A DNA stretch of 63,167 nucleotides, the filler included, from Globobulimina sp. (lineage: Eukaryota): assembly GCA_003354225.1 (NCBI GenBank). It is 53 parts of 53 records of this genome, joined end to end, with 100 filler letters (N's around TTAATTAATTAA, not from the genome) between each part and the next. Parts side by side here need not be neighbours in the genome. Positions count along the whole stretch, not along the records: positions 23,892 to 24,985 come from PIVH01023702.1; positions 25,086 to 26,179 come from PIVH01023703.1; positions 26,280 to 27,373 come from PIVH01023704.1; positions 27,474 to 28,567 come from PIVH01023705.1; positions 28,668 to 29,761 come from PIVH01023706.1; positions 29,862 to 30,955 come from PIVH01023707.1; positions 31,056 to 32,149 come from PIVH01023708.1; positions 32,250 to 33,342 come from PIVH01023709.1; 45 more parts are not named here. One strand, given 5' to 3'. Positions 24,304 through 37,134 of this stretch are shown here, one piece after another. The number at the start of each line of letters is the position of its first letter. Within the stretch, counting starts at the first letter, position 1. The position numbers and the translations under genes are program-made. The notes beneath the pieces were generated by a model. It searched no databases. It worked only from the letters and a program-made list of their open reading frames with translations, and had not been told where the DNA came from.

Positions 24304-24985
24304 TTAATTGTCCTCATCGCCAAAGGTCAACAAAACATCCTTGACATTATCAACTAATTTTGATTTTGAATCTGCATAATTTTGCACGATTTTTTGCCGA
24401 CAATTCTTAATTAACTCCTTATCGCTGGTTGTCAAACCATTATTATTTTTCAACGCCTTTATACACATAATTATCCCCCACAATGAACGTGTATTTTTAT
24501 CCGATGACAATAACACAGACTGCGAGAAATATTTCAACGCATTGGTATAATTTTGCTGTCCGCCAATATTATATAACATTTCCGCATAGAGTTGAAATAA
24601 TAAATAATCGTCGTAGCGAATGGTGATCAACTCTTCGATGCAAAATTTTGCTAACTCATAACAATGGATATCTGAATACAAAATAATTAATTCCTTCCAA
24701 GCATCGCCATCGGAACCGTATAATTTTAAATATTGACACAATAATTGTATTGCCTCAGTAGTTTGTCGCGCAGATATTAATAATGCTATTTTCCTCTTTT
24801 GTGCCATCATATGATTTGGATCATTCTTGTCATTTAATATAAAGTCATATTCGTCTTTGGCTTTCTTTATTTCATCCTTTGTTTCGTAAAACATTCCTCG
24901 TAAAATACGCACACGATTTGAATTTTTAGTGAATTTGGTGCTTAATTCTTTAATGCAATCCGCTGCGGTCTGCTTATCATCCAAC
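24304..24985 (-). CDS. EMC2: ER membrane protein complex subunit 2 (TPR), 5' partial
   Basis: SNRV..L.GM.YE, KRKIA, D.DAWKEL, AKFCIEELI, YAEMLY..GG, RSLWG. Confidence 0.88.
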
Positions 24986-25138
24986 NNNNNNNNNNNNNNN
25001 NNNNNNNNNNNNNNNNNNNNNNNNNNNNNTTAATTAATTAANNNNNNNNNNNNNNNNNNNNNNNNNNNNNNNNNNNNNNNNNNNNACTGCTTTGTTTTCT
25101 TAATATATGCGTTTGGGCACAGGCGTGTTATAGTACGC

Positions 25139-25522
25139 ATGCATTTGGATATTGGTATAAAGCATAGCCGTAAGCGACAGGATACTTTGGATGAGTTTAA
25201 TATACCTCCACCGCCACAGGGACAGGATATAATTTATGAGCATGAGGCAAAAACGCCGTCATCGCGTGCAGAACAACAGACGGTGGCAATGGATGAAGAG
25301 AGTGAGTTTGATACACAGCTGCATGTACAGCATGAGACAATAATTTATAAACCAGAGCGAGATGAGTCGCCGCGTGCGCATGTCCCAGATGAGACTATTT
25401 ATGAGGAGGATGGAATTAATGTAGAAACGGAACATGTAGCACAAGAAACAATTTATACGCAAGAGGATGGAGTTAAAATACAACAACATGTACCGCAGGA
25501 AACCATCTTCGAACGCGTGTAG
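25139..25522 (+). CDS. C-terminal acidic tail with HVxxETIY repeats
   Basis: Four copies: HVQHETII, HVPDETIY, HVAQETIY, HVPQETIF. Confidence 0.5.
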   Translation: MHLDIGIKHSRKRQDTLDEFNIPPPPQGQDIIYEHEAKTPSSRAEQQTVAMDEESEFDTQLHVQHETIIYKPERDESPRAHVPDETIYEEDGINVETEHVAQETIYTQEDGVKIQQHVPQETIFERV

Positions 25523-25846
25523 ACAGTGATTCGCTGCGGATCCGCCAGAATCGTACAAAAGCGTTTAAATGAATTCGAAACTCATTCGTAATATTATGTG
25601 ATCGAACAGTTTTTCCTTTCCTTTCTGAATAAAATATTTTTTTGGTTTGTGTTGACATTTTTTTGTTGAGTGCTTATTATTTTTAACTATTGTTATCTAT
25701 ATATCATACTCTTATGTTTAATTTAGTCCTATATATCATTATTGACTCTGTTTTGGTATCAAAAACCGTCAGATGCCTATGGCAACGATATAATGTGAAA
25801 TAGAAAGAGTATTTAGGTAACAAAAAATATTAATAAAATAGGCACA

Positions 25847-26179
25847 TCACAGTCCATCTAAATGTTCAGCAGAACTGATGGACTCACTCACCAAATGTAT
25901 CATTTGTTGTCCCATTTCCTTTTTAAGATTTTTCACCTTCAAATTTCCCCATTCTGATTGCGAAGTTGGCCGAAATAAATTTGATTTTGTGACCAGAGGA
26001 GGCAACTCTGTCCCTGTACACTGATCAAGTTCTTCGTCTCCAATATCTACATCCGTATGAACTCCATCATCATCCACATTAACGGATTCCCGTTTTAATG
26101 AATGCATTTCTTTCTTCATTTCTTCAAAGTCGTCCATAATTCTTTTTTTTTGTTTCCTTTCCGATTTCCTTGCCTCAAT
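25847..26179 (-). CDS. 3' end of a hypothetical protein
   Basis: Open frame, convergent with the previous gene. Confidence 0.4.
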   Translation of the reverse strand: MEARKSERKQKKRIMDDFEEMKKEMHSLKRESVNVDDDGVHTDVDIGDEELDQCTGTELPPLVTKSNLFRPTSQSEWGNLKVKNLKKEMGQQMIHLVSESISSAEHLDGL

Positions 26180-26279
26180 NNNNNNNNNNNNNNNNNNNNN
26201 NNNNNNNNNNNNNNNNNNNNNNNTTAATTAATTAANNNNNNNNNNNNNNNNNNNNNNNNNNNNNNNNNNNNNNNNNNNN

Positions 26280-27373
26280 AAATTATATTTATCATGCAAG
26301 ATATCAATATATGAATAAATCTGTTTGACATAGTTAATAATAATATGATCATATGTTATTTGCAACTTATTTATCCATAACAATGCATTGATATTATCTG
26401 AAATCACATGAATATACTGAAAGCATCTCAGGAATTGAGGCGGTAATTTAATAATTTGTTGAAAAATTGTAAGAATTCCAATCAATTCTACAACATTTAT
26501 ATCCAATGCACGCCCAATAGGTAAAAAATCTTGTTGTAATGAGGATATTTCATATTGCAACGGTTGATTAACATAATCACATAAATCAATATTAGAATAA
26601 ATCGCATATGGAATGGGATATGTATAATGTGCGGGTATTGGATGTTCATAAACGTGATGCATCTCAATCAATATGCCAATTCCTGCAAATCCATCAATAA
26701 TTGAACCATCACTGAAGGCAAATAATGTGTTATGACAATTATTAATTTTATCCGTTTCTCGATATTTTGCATGTACAAATTTTATATGTTTACATCTGAC
26801 AATGAAGGATGGTATAAATTTAATTTTACGTCCATTGGTATTCATCATTGAGCGCCAATTATAGTTTATCAATGGTAAGATTTTATACTTTATCGCAAGC
26901 AAAAAAATCTGAAAAAAGGGATTCTTTTTATCATAAGTTTTCATATAACGCAATTTACTTCGTTGCGTACGTATATTTACCTGAGATAACAAATAATCAT
27001 TCCAGATTGGCATCCATTTACCGGTAATTAGCGCATGTAATACATTTCTATCGTGTAAATATAGCAAACTCACCCAATTTCGGAGCAATTTAATGTGCAA
27101 AAACGTGTCAAAATGCACAAACGGAGTGAGTATAATTAATATATCAAAAGGGATTGTATTCAATGTACCAAACAGCAATTTTATGATACGATAATACATT
27201 TGCTTCAAAGATTTAATATCATTTTGATTATTGACACACGTAAACAAAATAGTGGGATATTCAATTTTAGAAAAGATAACAGATGAAAAATAATGAAAAA
27301 GCGTGTATAGTTTCGGACAGATTTAATTTGTTTATAATCTAAATATATTTTCTGCACAATGTGATTTATGTGC
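26280..27373 (-). mobile_element. Non-LTR retrotransposon C-terminal region with RNase H, degenerate
   Basis: FSDGS..GFAGIG, VELIGI, ISDN acidic RNase H motifs. Confidence 0.75.
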
Positions 27374-27473
27374 NNNNNNNNNNNNNNNNNNNNNNNNNNN
27401 NNNNNNNNNNNNNNNNNTTAATTAATTAANNNNNNNNNNNNNNNNNNNNNNNNNNNNNNNNNNNNNNNNNNNN

Positions 27474-28268
27474 CCATTGTAGTTATTAGATAAAACATTA
27501 TTAAAATTTGTAAAAGGATTGAAGGAGAATAATGATATTGATATCAAGTTGAAAATTATTGATAAATACAGTAAGGATCCGAGCAATTTCATTATAAATC
27601 CGATCAGCGGTGTTTATGTATTACGTGTTTTCAGTCAGGATTTATGTGACAAATTATTGGAAGAATCTGAAAATTATATTAAACCATCATTATATGCAAA
27701 GAATTCTGGATTACTTCCAATTATACGACCAAATTCAATGAACAGTTATGGTTTGGGATTAAATTCGATTGGAATGACAAAAGCATGGACTTATTTTATT
27801 AAAGAAATTGTGAAACCATTGGCAGATATATTAATACCGCCGAATTTGTTTAAAGTGAGTAAATATGATACAAATGAATTAAATGTTGAGGAAAAGGAAG
27901 AGAATGAATGGGATTTCCAATCTCATCATACATTTATGATACGCTATAAACAAGGCGAAGATATTAATTTAGACACACATATCGATGCAAGTGCAGTGAC
28001 CTTCAATATATGTCTCGGCAAACAAGGGTTTGAAGGAGCAAACGTTTATTTTCATGCTATAGCAAACAGCAAAGATGATTTAGAGAAAAATAATGAAAGT
28101 TATGAGAGTCCACATCCTGAAAATGGATGTAAATATTGTCGATATCAACTATTTCATAAAGTTGGTTATGCGGCATTGCATGTTGGTAATTATATTCATG
28201 GCGCTAAAAATTTAACAAAAGGAACAAGATCTAATGTCGTTATTTGGTGCAAAGAATATAGCAAATAA
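27474..28268 (+). CDS. 2OG-Fe(II) dioxygenase (OGFOD2/PKHD-type), 5' partial
   Basis: RPNSMNSYG, HIDAS (HxD), NICLG, IHGA, GTRSNVVIW. Confidence 0.88.
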
Positions 28269-28416
28269 TATAAAAGATGTTTGTTTCTTGATTGTGTTTT
28301 AACTCTTAATTATAACGTTAAATCTCTGACGATTACGACTTGTCAATAAACAACATCATGATGGAATGTTCCAAACGCAATAAAACTTTTACTAAGTACT
28401 GAAAAATCGTTTCGCA

Positions 28417-28567
28417 ATGACAGCCTTATTGACCTTTTGTTCTATGATAACTGCACTTAAATACGGTGTTAACGGATTTCAGCAAACCGGCAGATTAGAA
28501 CAAAGTAATGACGGTGCTTGGGGTGGTTGGGTCTATCAAAAATATTGTGATACGCATTCTTTTGCGC
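28417..28567 (+). CDS. Secreted VMO-I (VOMI)-like protein, 3' partial
   Basis: Signal peptide then NDGAWGGW...YCD..SFA. Confidence 0.5.
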
Positions 28568-29146
28568 NNNNNNNNNNNNNNNNNNNNNNNNNNNNNNNNN
28601 NNNNNNNNNNNTTAATTAATTAANNNNNNNNNNNNNNNNNNNNNNNNNNNNNNNNNNNNNNNNNNNNGCCCAAAAATGGTAAGGTGTTTGTATACATTTG
28701 TTAAACAATATCAATCAATGGCATCAATTCACTCATAAATTTCGTTTTTATTGTTTTTATGCATCAACTAATATAAAAATAAATAAACCTAAGGCATGTC
28801 ATCAAATTAAATTATAATATATTTTAATAATTAATCAGATTGATTAATTTCATCTTTTGTTTGATTTTTCCACCAATCGGCCATTGAGTCATTTGACCCG
28901 CTGCGATCCGGCGATTCACTGAAATGCTAAATTATGTTTTTTTGTTCAGAAATAATATTATAACTTAACACATTTAGTGTAAATAATATAAAGTTTATTT
29001 AATTATGGAGACATTTCAATGGTGCAGACGAAACAAAGGAAGCAGTTAGGAATTTTGTTTAATTCTTTAATGCAACATTATTCATCATTTCGTTTCAATA
29101 ATAGTCATTTAAAAATTTTGAATATAAAATATAAATCATTTAACAG

Positions 29147-29362
29147 CAGTCAGGCACATAGCTATAGCTATATATAGAACTTAGTCTATTACTGTTTACT
29201 ACTGTATTGTCATACTGTATGAATGTACTAAGTACTGAAACTGTACTGGCTGTACTGAATATTAAAGCCTATTATCTGCGCGCAAGCGCATTTTGCACTA
29301 GTATAGTATATAGTACTACTATATATAGACTTAGTTCTATATATAGCGAAGTGCCCTGACTG
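29147..29362. mobile_element. MITE-like element with ~40-bp imperfect terminal inverted repeats
   Basis: CAGTCAGGCAC..GCTATATATAGAACTTAGTCTAT versus ATAGACTTAGTTCTATATATAGC..GTGCCCTGACTG. Confidence 0.6.
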
Positions 29363-29688
29363 ATTAACGTAAGTACAGTTTACCTAGGAGTAGGTTCAGT
29401 TGGGGATGAAGTTAATCCCGACACTTCCTCCACGTCAACTGGTGTTTGCTTCGATGATGCAACACACTGCGTTTCCTCCTCAACTAACTCGACATCTTTT
29501 GACTTTGAGCTAAAACACATATAGTAACATCAATGGACAGTAACAGCTACAGAAAAAGTTTTATCGCTCGATCCCTGGACCGATTCGGCCGTGAGCTGCC
29601 AAATCTTGGGATAATGCGAACCCGATCGGATCGCCGAAAATCGAAAATCCGAAAATCGTTTAATCAGTTAAAAGTAGACCCCCTCCGC

Positions 29689-29761
29689 TAGAGCTCCAAC
29701 GATATATCGATATCGTTATCGAAAGTCGATATTATCGACTGTTTTTGAATATCGATACCGT
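29689..29761 (+). mobile_element. Possible hAT-type transposon end
   Basis: TAGAGCT start followed by clustered ATCG/CGAT subterminal motifs up to the contig break. Confidence 0.35.
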
Positions 29762-31392
29762 NNNNNNNNNNNNNNNNNNNNNNNNNNNNNNNNNNNNNNN
29801 NNNNNTTAATTAATTAANNNNNNNNNNNNNNNNNNNNNNNNNNNNNNNNNNNNNNNNNNNNACAGAAGAATCGCAAAGTTCTAAAATCCCAAAAGTCTAT
29901 GGATCCTAAAACATGAACGACAATGATTATGAAAATTAGTATAATCATTTCGGTTGAATGCAAATGATATCATATTTTTCTCGTAATTTTTGTTCGTCGG
30001 AGATATAAAATGCAACAATGTCCAACAGAAATGATTTTTATTTCAACGTGACATAGTTGTTAAAAACAGCATATTTTGAGCATCTACTTTGAACATACTA
30101 GCAATCTGTTTTTAGTACTTTTTACGACAAAAAATGGAAATATCAAATATTATGTTATGGCTCGATTACCAATGAATATTTACACATCACGAGGTTAGGC
30201 AAGAAACTTACTCTTTCCATTTGTATACATCTGACAATATTTTTGATTATAAATAAATTTTAACACATGGTAATCAATAGTCAATTTTTTGTATTCTTGG
30301 TAATATTTGTGTCTTATTCATTTGTTCAAACACATTGAAACATGATTTATTTAAAAAAAGCTCGATGACCGGATAATTATCCAACGATTCTTTGATCATA
30401 TCGAGTGCAATTCGGAATAACGTCCAAAAAGTCTTTGGTATAAATGCATTCATTTCATTCATATCCAACTCTTGATATATCGGCGTACAATTCATATAAT
30501 CCGCTAATATCGATTCCAAACATTGAGGCTGCTGATAATCTCAAATAAGGTGATCTCCGTAGAATACCATTGATTCATTGCTGAATTGAATAAAAAAGGA
30601 GCTGAATTGAATTGAATTATTTGAAAATGAATAGAAACGCAATATGTTCTGACATTATATACATACAGCATTTCGTTGTTTTTGATTTTGTTTTTGTTTT
30701 GGTTTTGGTTTTGAATGAGTTTGCTCCTGCTTATTAATATTATTATTCATTTTCTTTGTGCTTTCAGTAATGAAAGCATCTAACTAGATAAAATCTGAAA
30801 AACTTTCGTGTAGGTTTTATGCAAAAACAAGTCATAATCTGACGAAATGATTAAATTCTTGTACTAGTGATGGTTTAAACAATTGGACCATAGATGCATA
30901 GATTAGTGCAAACAATATCCAATTTCATTGGTCCAAACCAAAGATACACAGTTTGNNNNNNNNNNNNNNNNNNNNNNNNNNNNNNNNNNNNNNNNNNNNT
31001 TAATTAATTAANNNNNNNNNNNNNNNNNNNNNNNNNNNNNNNNNNNNNNNNNNNNGGGTTTGGATGGACTCGTGCTGGTCGGTTATATTCGTTTGTTTTT
31101 TGATTATTGGTTGTGTTTATTATAAATAATGAAGAAATTAAATGAAGAATTATAAACATTGAATTTCAATGATTGAATTTTTCCCTCAAATCATTCGCCA
31201 TTTTACTTTTATTTGTCCGGTGACATTTTTTTGGTTGATTTTAGGAACGAGTAGTTTTATATAATTACATTGCTTAATGCTTAGTTATTGTGTAAGGATA
31301 AGATTAATTGTTAAACATTGGAAAAAACACAACAAATTCGCGCCACGTGAAGTAAAAGTAGAAATGCGTTGATTTTGTGACAATTAACCAAT

Positions 31393-31632
31393 TTATTTCA
31401 TTACACATTTTTCAATATCTATTTTTAATTTTTTATGTTTTGCATCAAAATGAATTTTCATCGTTTTCTCGTCAGGACACGGCGACGAACAAATATAACA
31501 TTTATAAGCTTTTTTAATTGGATTCCTATTGTCTTTGGCATTCTTTCCTTTTGGCCGATTCTTTTTTCGTTTCAAATCTGCTTTGCGTTTCAACTCTTTT
31601 GCGGTGTGATGCTTTGTTTTGCCTTTGGGCAT
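31393..31632 (-). CDS. Small basic C2H2 zinc-finger protein (ZNF706/At2g23090-like)
   Basis: KHHTAKEL, CYIC..PDEKTMKIHFDAKH. Confidence 0.8.
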   Translation of the reverse strand: MPKGKTKHHTAKELKRKADLKRKKNRPKGKNAKDNRNPIKKAYKCYICSSPCPDEKTMKIHFDAKHKKLKIDIEKCVMK

Positions 31633-31777
31633 TTTTATTGCTTCGTTTACTGTCTATTAGCTCTCAGATCTCGACAAAGAAAAAACTCGTTAAGCTCAGT
31701 CTACTGTTAAATTGATTTAATTAATACGGCAAAAAAATCATATAATACGAATTAGCCATAGAATAATCAATGTACAC

Positions 31778-32149
31778 TTACTTAAGAATTGATTCGATTG
31801 TAACTGGCAATTCATCCATTTGTGTGCTATGTTGCCTCTCCAAATTTGAAATTGGTAATTGATTATCACACACAAAATTAATCGCAATTCCTTTTTTTTG
31901 ATATGAACCATTCCTCAATAAATACGATTCATTATCTATGGCTAAATCGTAATTTATAATCAATGAGACTTGTTTTAATATATTCATACTCATTCGATTC
32001 AAATCCATACTTACTAAAATATCTGCATTTCCATTCAAAAAACGATTCATTGAATCTCTAAATTGATTATCATTCATATCAATATGTAACATCACCACTG
32101 TAAAATCATATTCTTTCATCTGTCCATGTAACCACAGTGTTTTCTCTTT
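31778..32149 (-). CDS. Divergent eIF4A-like DEAD-box C-terminal domain
   Basis: DFTV..LH.DM, QVSLIINYDL, KKGIAINFV; motifs V and VI degenerate. Confidence 0.75.
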   Translation of the reverse strand, partial: KEKTLWLHGQMKEYDFTVVMLHIDMNDNQFRDSMNRFLNGNADILVSMDLNRMSMNILKQVSLIINYDLAIDNESYLLRNGSYQKKGIAINFVCDNQLPISNLERQHSTQMDELPVTIESILK

Positions 32150-32249
32150 NNNNNNNNNNNNNNNNNNNNNNNNNNNNNNNNNNNNNNNNNNNNTTAATTA
32201 ATTAANNNNNNNNNNNNNNNNNNNNNNNNNNNNNNNNNNNNNNNNNNNN

Positions 32250-33342
32250 GCGAATATGGAATTTATAGCGTTTGGCATCAGTAATTTGTTGGGCTCCTTT
32301 TTCAGTTCGCAAGTCATCTCTGCGAGTTTTAGTCGTTCCGCATTGAATTTTGATATGAATGGATGGACCCAGATATCGTCGATAATACAAGCAATTATCT
32401 GTTTGTTGTGTTTGTTGGTTTTAATGCCTTTGTTAAGCCCGCTACCCAAATGTGTACTGGCTTCATTGGTTACTGTTTCTGTATATCGATTAATTAAAAA
32501 TGGCGTTCACGAGTTCATATTTTTATGGCGAGTTTCTTCCATTGAATTAGTTGAATTCATGGTGGCTTTTATTGCGCCTTTGGTGATTGGGTTGGAAATT
32601 GGTATCTTTTTAGCGATTGGCACCTCGATTCTGGTCAATTTGTTGCGTCATTCATTCACTCAAATCGTATTTTTAGGTCGATTACACTCAACAATGTCTG
32701 ACGAGGCGGAGTATGTCGATTGTGCGTTATTTAAGCAGTCTAAAAGTGTGCCACATATCACTATTATTGAGATGAAGGCGGAGTTGTCATTTTCAAACAA
32801 TAAGTTAAGACTGCAACGTTTTTTTTGCCCCCTTTGTATACATTTCATTCAATATTGGAGTGAATTATATACGTATACAAATATGTGAATTTGCATCTGT
32901 ATAAAAAGTGAAATGTATACAACAAATAAATAAACACAAAGCCGTTTAGTTGATAAATTGCGTCGTTTACTGGCTGGTGGCAATAAATATATTGTGGTCT
33001 CATTAAATCTGACCTCATTTATCGATACAACCTCCATTCGTCAAATTGTGACAATATTTGAAGATTCTAAAGGTTCATACATTTGTTTATCGCAATGCAG
33101 GCCGAAAGTGATTGAACTGATTCATTGCTACGAGAAGGACACGGATGAGTTCCCAGACAATGTGAAAACATTTGTGTCAACGCATGATGCGGTGTTGTAC
33201 CTCAATTCAATCCGTAGCAAATTACATCATCAAAGCGATGTTTATCACAGCACTTCTGACTCGGATGAGAATGGCGTATTATCTTCGTTCAGTAAGCCAT
33301 CATTGGATCGTAATATTAATACTGTAACACCGCACCACACAT
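32250..33342 (+). CDS. SLC26/SulP anion transporter with STAS domain; intron 32804-32941; partial
   Basis: EFIAFGISN, SFSRSALN, LPKCVLAS, GLEIG, SFIDTTS. Confidence 0.92.
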
Positions 33343-33631
33343 NNNNNNNNNNNNNNNNNNNNNNNNNNNNNNNNNNNNNNNNNNNNTTAATTAATTAANN
33401 NNNNNNNNNNNNNNNNNNNNNNNNNNNNNNNNNNNNNNNNNNTGAAATGAGGATGGGAATGATTTATGGCGTACAACATTTAACACAACGACTGGCACAA
33501 GAATTTATGCATAAATTACAAGCAAAATTACAACTCATTGGATCTATTTCTTCAAACACTAATTATCGATCAAAATTGTGAGCTGTAAATCATGATTTAT
33601 ATATATGTACTCCTACTCTCTCTTGAACTTA

Positions 33632-33990
33632 TTCATATGGCACATCACCCCCTATATGGAAATAATTATCCATAAAAACAGTGGTTGCTTCGTTGAATAA
33701 GCCTTCAATCAATTCATACGTAAACTTGCATGCTGGATTGGGACAAATCTCGGGATGTCCATTTGAATCGTGGAAATACTAAATGTTGGGACGAGACACC
33801 TGAAGTTGTGCAATGGCAACAAGCAAATGGATTTAATGATAATAAAGCATTGTTATATTTAATAAACGTGCTTTGGATATTGTGAATGATAAGTTAATAC
33901 ATAGTAGGAACTAGGAAGGCAGTACAAATGGGATTAAATGTTCACGGAGTTTTCCGCTGATATTTCCAACACTGATACAACAATTCAAGT
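33632..33990. pseudogene. GH20 beta-hexosaminidase pseudogene with internal inversion
   Basis: Minus strand 33632-33767: GHPEICP-NPACKFTYELIEGLFNE..FMDNYFHIGGD-VPY; plus strand from 33781: KCWDETPEVVQWQQANG. Confidence 0.7.
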
Positions 33991-34042
33991 AAGTCATTTA
34001 TTTAATTTGTCCATTCATACAATAATAACATACTATATACTG

Positions 34043-34535
34043 TTAATCAAATGGTTGGGTGTGCAGCAACAACTGATATTTTGCAGAACTGTTAATATTA
34101 AATGAATCTGTATTGAATACAATGGCTGGATAATAATTATGTTCCTTTTCAATATCTATGGTATTTCCAAGTTGTTTTTCATTATAAAAAAATTTTATGT
34201 TCCAATTATAACAGTCAACAACTAATCCAACATTGACATTGTTCATCATTGAATCATAAGTACCGATGTTGTTGTCCATTGAATATGTGTTTTTAGTTAC
34301 ATTACTTCCATAACATACCCATTTTTTATTTGTATTATTAGACTCTAAACAAACACTTTTACCATTTTTAAATTGATAAATTCCAGAGCATGAAGAATCA
34401 CCTTTGCAGCCAAAATAAAATTGATATGATAATTTTGCTTGTTCTGTATCAAATAACCATGCATCACTCATTGCATTTTTATTTATTAAGATACCGATTG
34501 AAAATCCATGATAGATACAACTATGATTCAATATT
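34043..34535 (-). CDS. SPRY/B30.2-like domain, C-terminal part
   Basis: SIGI...VGLVVDC..W.IKFFYN..QLG..YYPAI. Confidence 0.55.
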
Positions 34536-34635
34536 NNNNNNNNNNNNNNNNNNNNNNNNNNNNNNNNNNNNNNNNNNNNTTAATTAATTAANNNNNNNNN
34601 NNNNNNNNNNNNNNNNNNNNNNNNNNNNNNNNNNN

Positions 34636-35681
34636 TGTACTGGTAGAACGGCTTCACCTGTATGGAAAATATCAAAACCGGATATGGTGATATCATGCTG
34701 ATAGTTCAAATAAAGAGTATCCGTGGCAATCGTTATGGGGAAATAATATTTAAAGCCGGAAAAGATGTTGCGAGACAATGTCTCCTTATTTACAATGCTG
34801 TATATAAATAAAAAAATACTGAGAATAACCAGCAACAGGAAAATAACGATTGCTATATATTCCGGGGAAATGAAAATATTTCTGGTAAGTGTAAATTGAA
34901 TCTCATTGGCCGGGGGAATGAAAAACGGGATAAGGATTAATGGGATTCCGGAATTTATTACAGCATTATTAAGCTTTAAAGGATCATTTATTTTAAAAAC
35001 ACAAAGCAATTTCCACAAAAACAGGTAAAATAACCAGAAAAGAATCAAAAGAATAATGAATAAAATGAAAAAATGCAGGTTAAAGCCGGCCTGTTTGCCG
35101 AAAAACGCACTGTATCCAAGGATCAGTTGATAAGGAAGAATAAAGCTGACAATCAATGTCTCATGTTTAGGAAAGCAGGATATGCGTTGGTTATTGCAGA
35201 AATTATATACAAAAAATTTCAGATTAATAATTATTAATACAAGGAAAACCATGTATGCCAGAAAGGGGGCGGTATTCTGGTATATTGTATTCCGGGTGAC
35301 GACCATGAACATAAACACAGCGATTGCTGTTCCGGATAGAATTGAAAGTACTGATGTCTCCTGAGAAATTGGGAAGTTTCGTTTTGATCTCTTCCAGATG
35401 TGGTTTAATAATAAGCAAACACAAAAAATTAAACAGAACGTTATTATAAAAAGGAATATCAGCTTTATATATATGCTGGTACGTAAACCGGGATCAATCC
35501 CCATGAGAACGCATATTCCAATAATTCTTCCCGGGAAACCGGTTAAGTCGGTATTGGCACTTCGATAATAAGCATCTGCACTCATAAGCCCGGACAGTAT
35601 ACTGATGAATATAATCCAGAGTGCAGGCGGTTTCGTTCCAATTACACCGACGATTTTGCTCATAATTGTTTTTCTCATCAT
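34636..35681 (-). CDS. Bacterial polytopic membrane protein (3' partial)
   Basis: Intronless, higher GC with many CCGG, about 9 TM helices, DIFHTGE motif; origin inferred from composition. Confidence 0.6.
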
Positions 35682-35828
35682 AAATTAAAATCCAGATAAA
35701 GATTCTTGAAATTAAGATCTATTCGTTTNNNNNNNNNNNNNNNNNNNNNNNNNNNNNNNNNNNNNNNNNNNNTTAATTAATTAANNNNNNNNNNNNNNNN
35801 NNNNNNNNNNNNNNNNNNNNNNNNNNNN

Positions 35829-36921
35829 CCAACTACATTCCCGACTAAACAACAAAGACAATTAAAGAAAAAAATCAAAGATATATTTCTAAGGATGGTG
35901 CCCGATGGGGTTTACTTTGAGTATGAGTATAATAACCATAATAAAGAAGATAAATATAACACTAATTCCTCCATATTTAATATGACTATGCATTGTGTCA
36001 AGCCTCCCTCAAATATGTTATCATTGCAGGCTCCATTTATTAAACCTGCACAAAATAATGAAAAAAATAATAAAACAAATTATGTAACATTGACTCATGA
36101 ATACACATCAAACGAAAAATATCATTTTGATGTGTCGATATTTAATATGATACGTAATGAATCAGCTTTTTATCAATCAAAAACAGAAAACGAATATTTT
36201 ATCACGGAAGATATTATTGCTTTAATTATATTTTTAAAATTTCCTTTTTTTAGAATATTATTAAATAAACATTTATTGGAACCACAATCAAATTTTGTTC
36301 TTTTTTATAAAAAATTGTGTGATATTAATCATTCATTAATTTTAGAGGAGGAAACAAAAACTGGATATACAATTTTACACTCACAAATTATATCTACTGC
36401 GCCAATTATTTTTTGTGAAAATCTGAAGAACATTTTGCTGTTTTCAACAAAAACAACGCATGAAAATCAAGGATTTATTTTACGAGTTATTGTTTGTGGC
36501 AAATTTGCACCACTTTCATTATTTGGTGATCCGTTAGAGGCAATGTCTATGGTTATTGTTCCTAAATATATTAAAATTGCACCATATAGTCATGAATCAG
36601 ACGAATTTCAAAAACAATTCCATAGAACATTAGAATTACAAAAAACACACCGCGGCGCTACCATGGTTCTTCAGCAAAAGCTGCAAAAAATGAAATATTT
36701 TATAACAGGCAAATTATTAAATAATTTTATCATTTCATATTGTGGAAAAAGTAAGCGTAATACAGATGAGTCAGACATGAAATTATTATCTGATTTCTTA
36801 TGCAATTTACAAGATGCAAATATTATGGCTTCAGTTTTGATCAATATTAAAATGATGCATATAAATATGATGGAGTTTTTTGGAATGACATGGATAGAAT
36901 TTATTAACAATAACATTGCTA
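35829..36921 (+). CDS. Hypothetical protein (partial)
   Basis: Open across the whole contig; no motif recognised. Confidence 0.6.
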
Positions 36922-37134
36922 NNNNNNNNNNNNNNNNNNNNNNNNNNNNNNNNNNNNNNNNNNNNTTAATTAATTAANNNNNNNNNNNNNNNNNNNNNNN
37001 NNNNNNNNNNNNNNNNNNNNNAATTTTCATTGCAAAGGTATATCCATTATCCCTTATCCACGCACTTATAAATTATTGTTTTTGATAACAAAAAAGGGGA
37101 TGTTAAACAATGTCGTATCAAAGGAAGTGGTGGA

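Noticed and set aside
30274-30519. 81-aa ORF
   Set aside because: No recognisable motif and the surrounding frames are broken.
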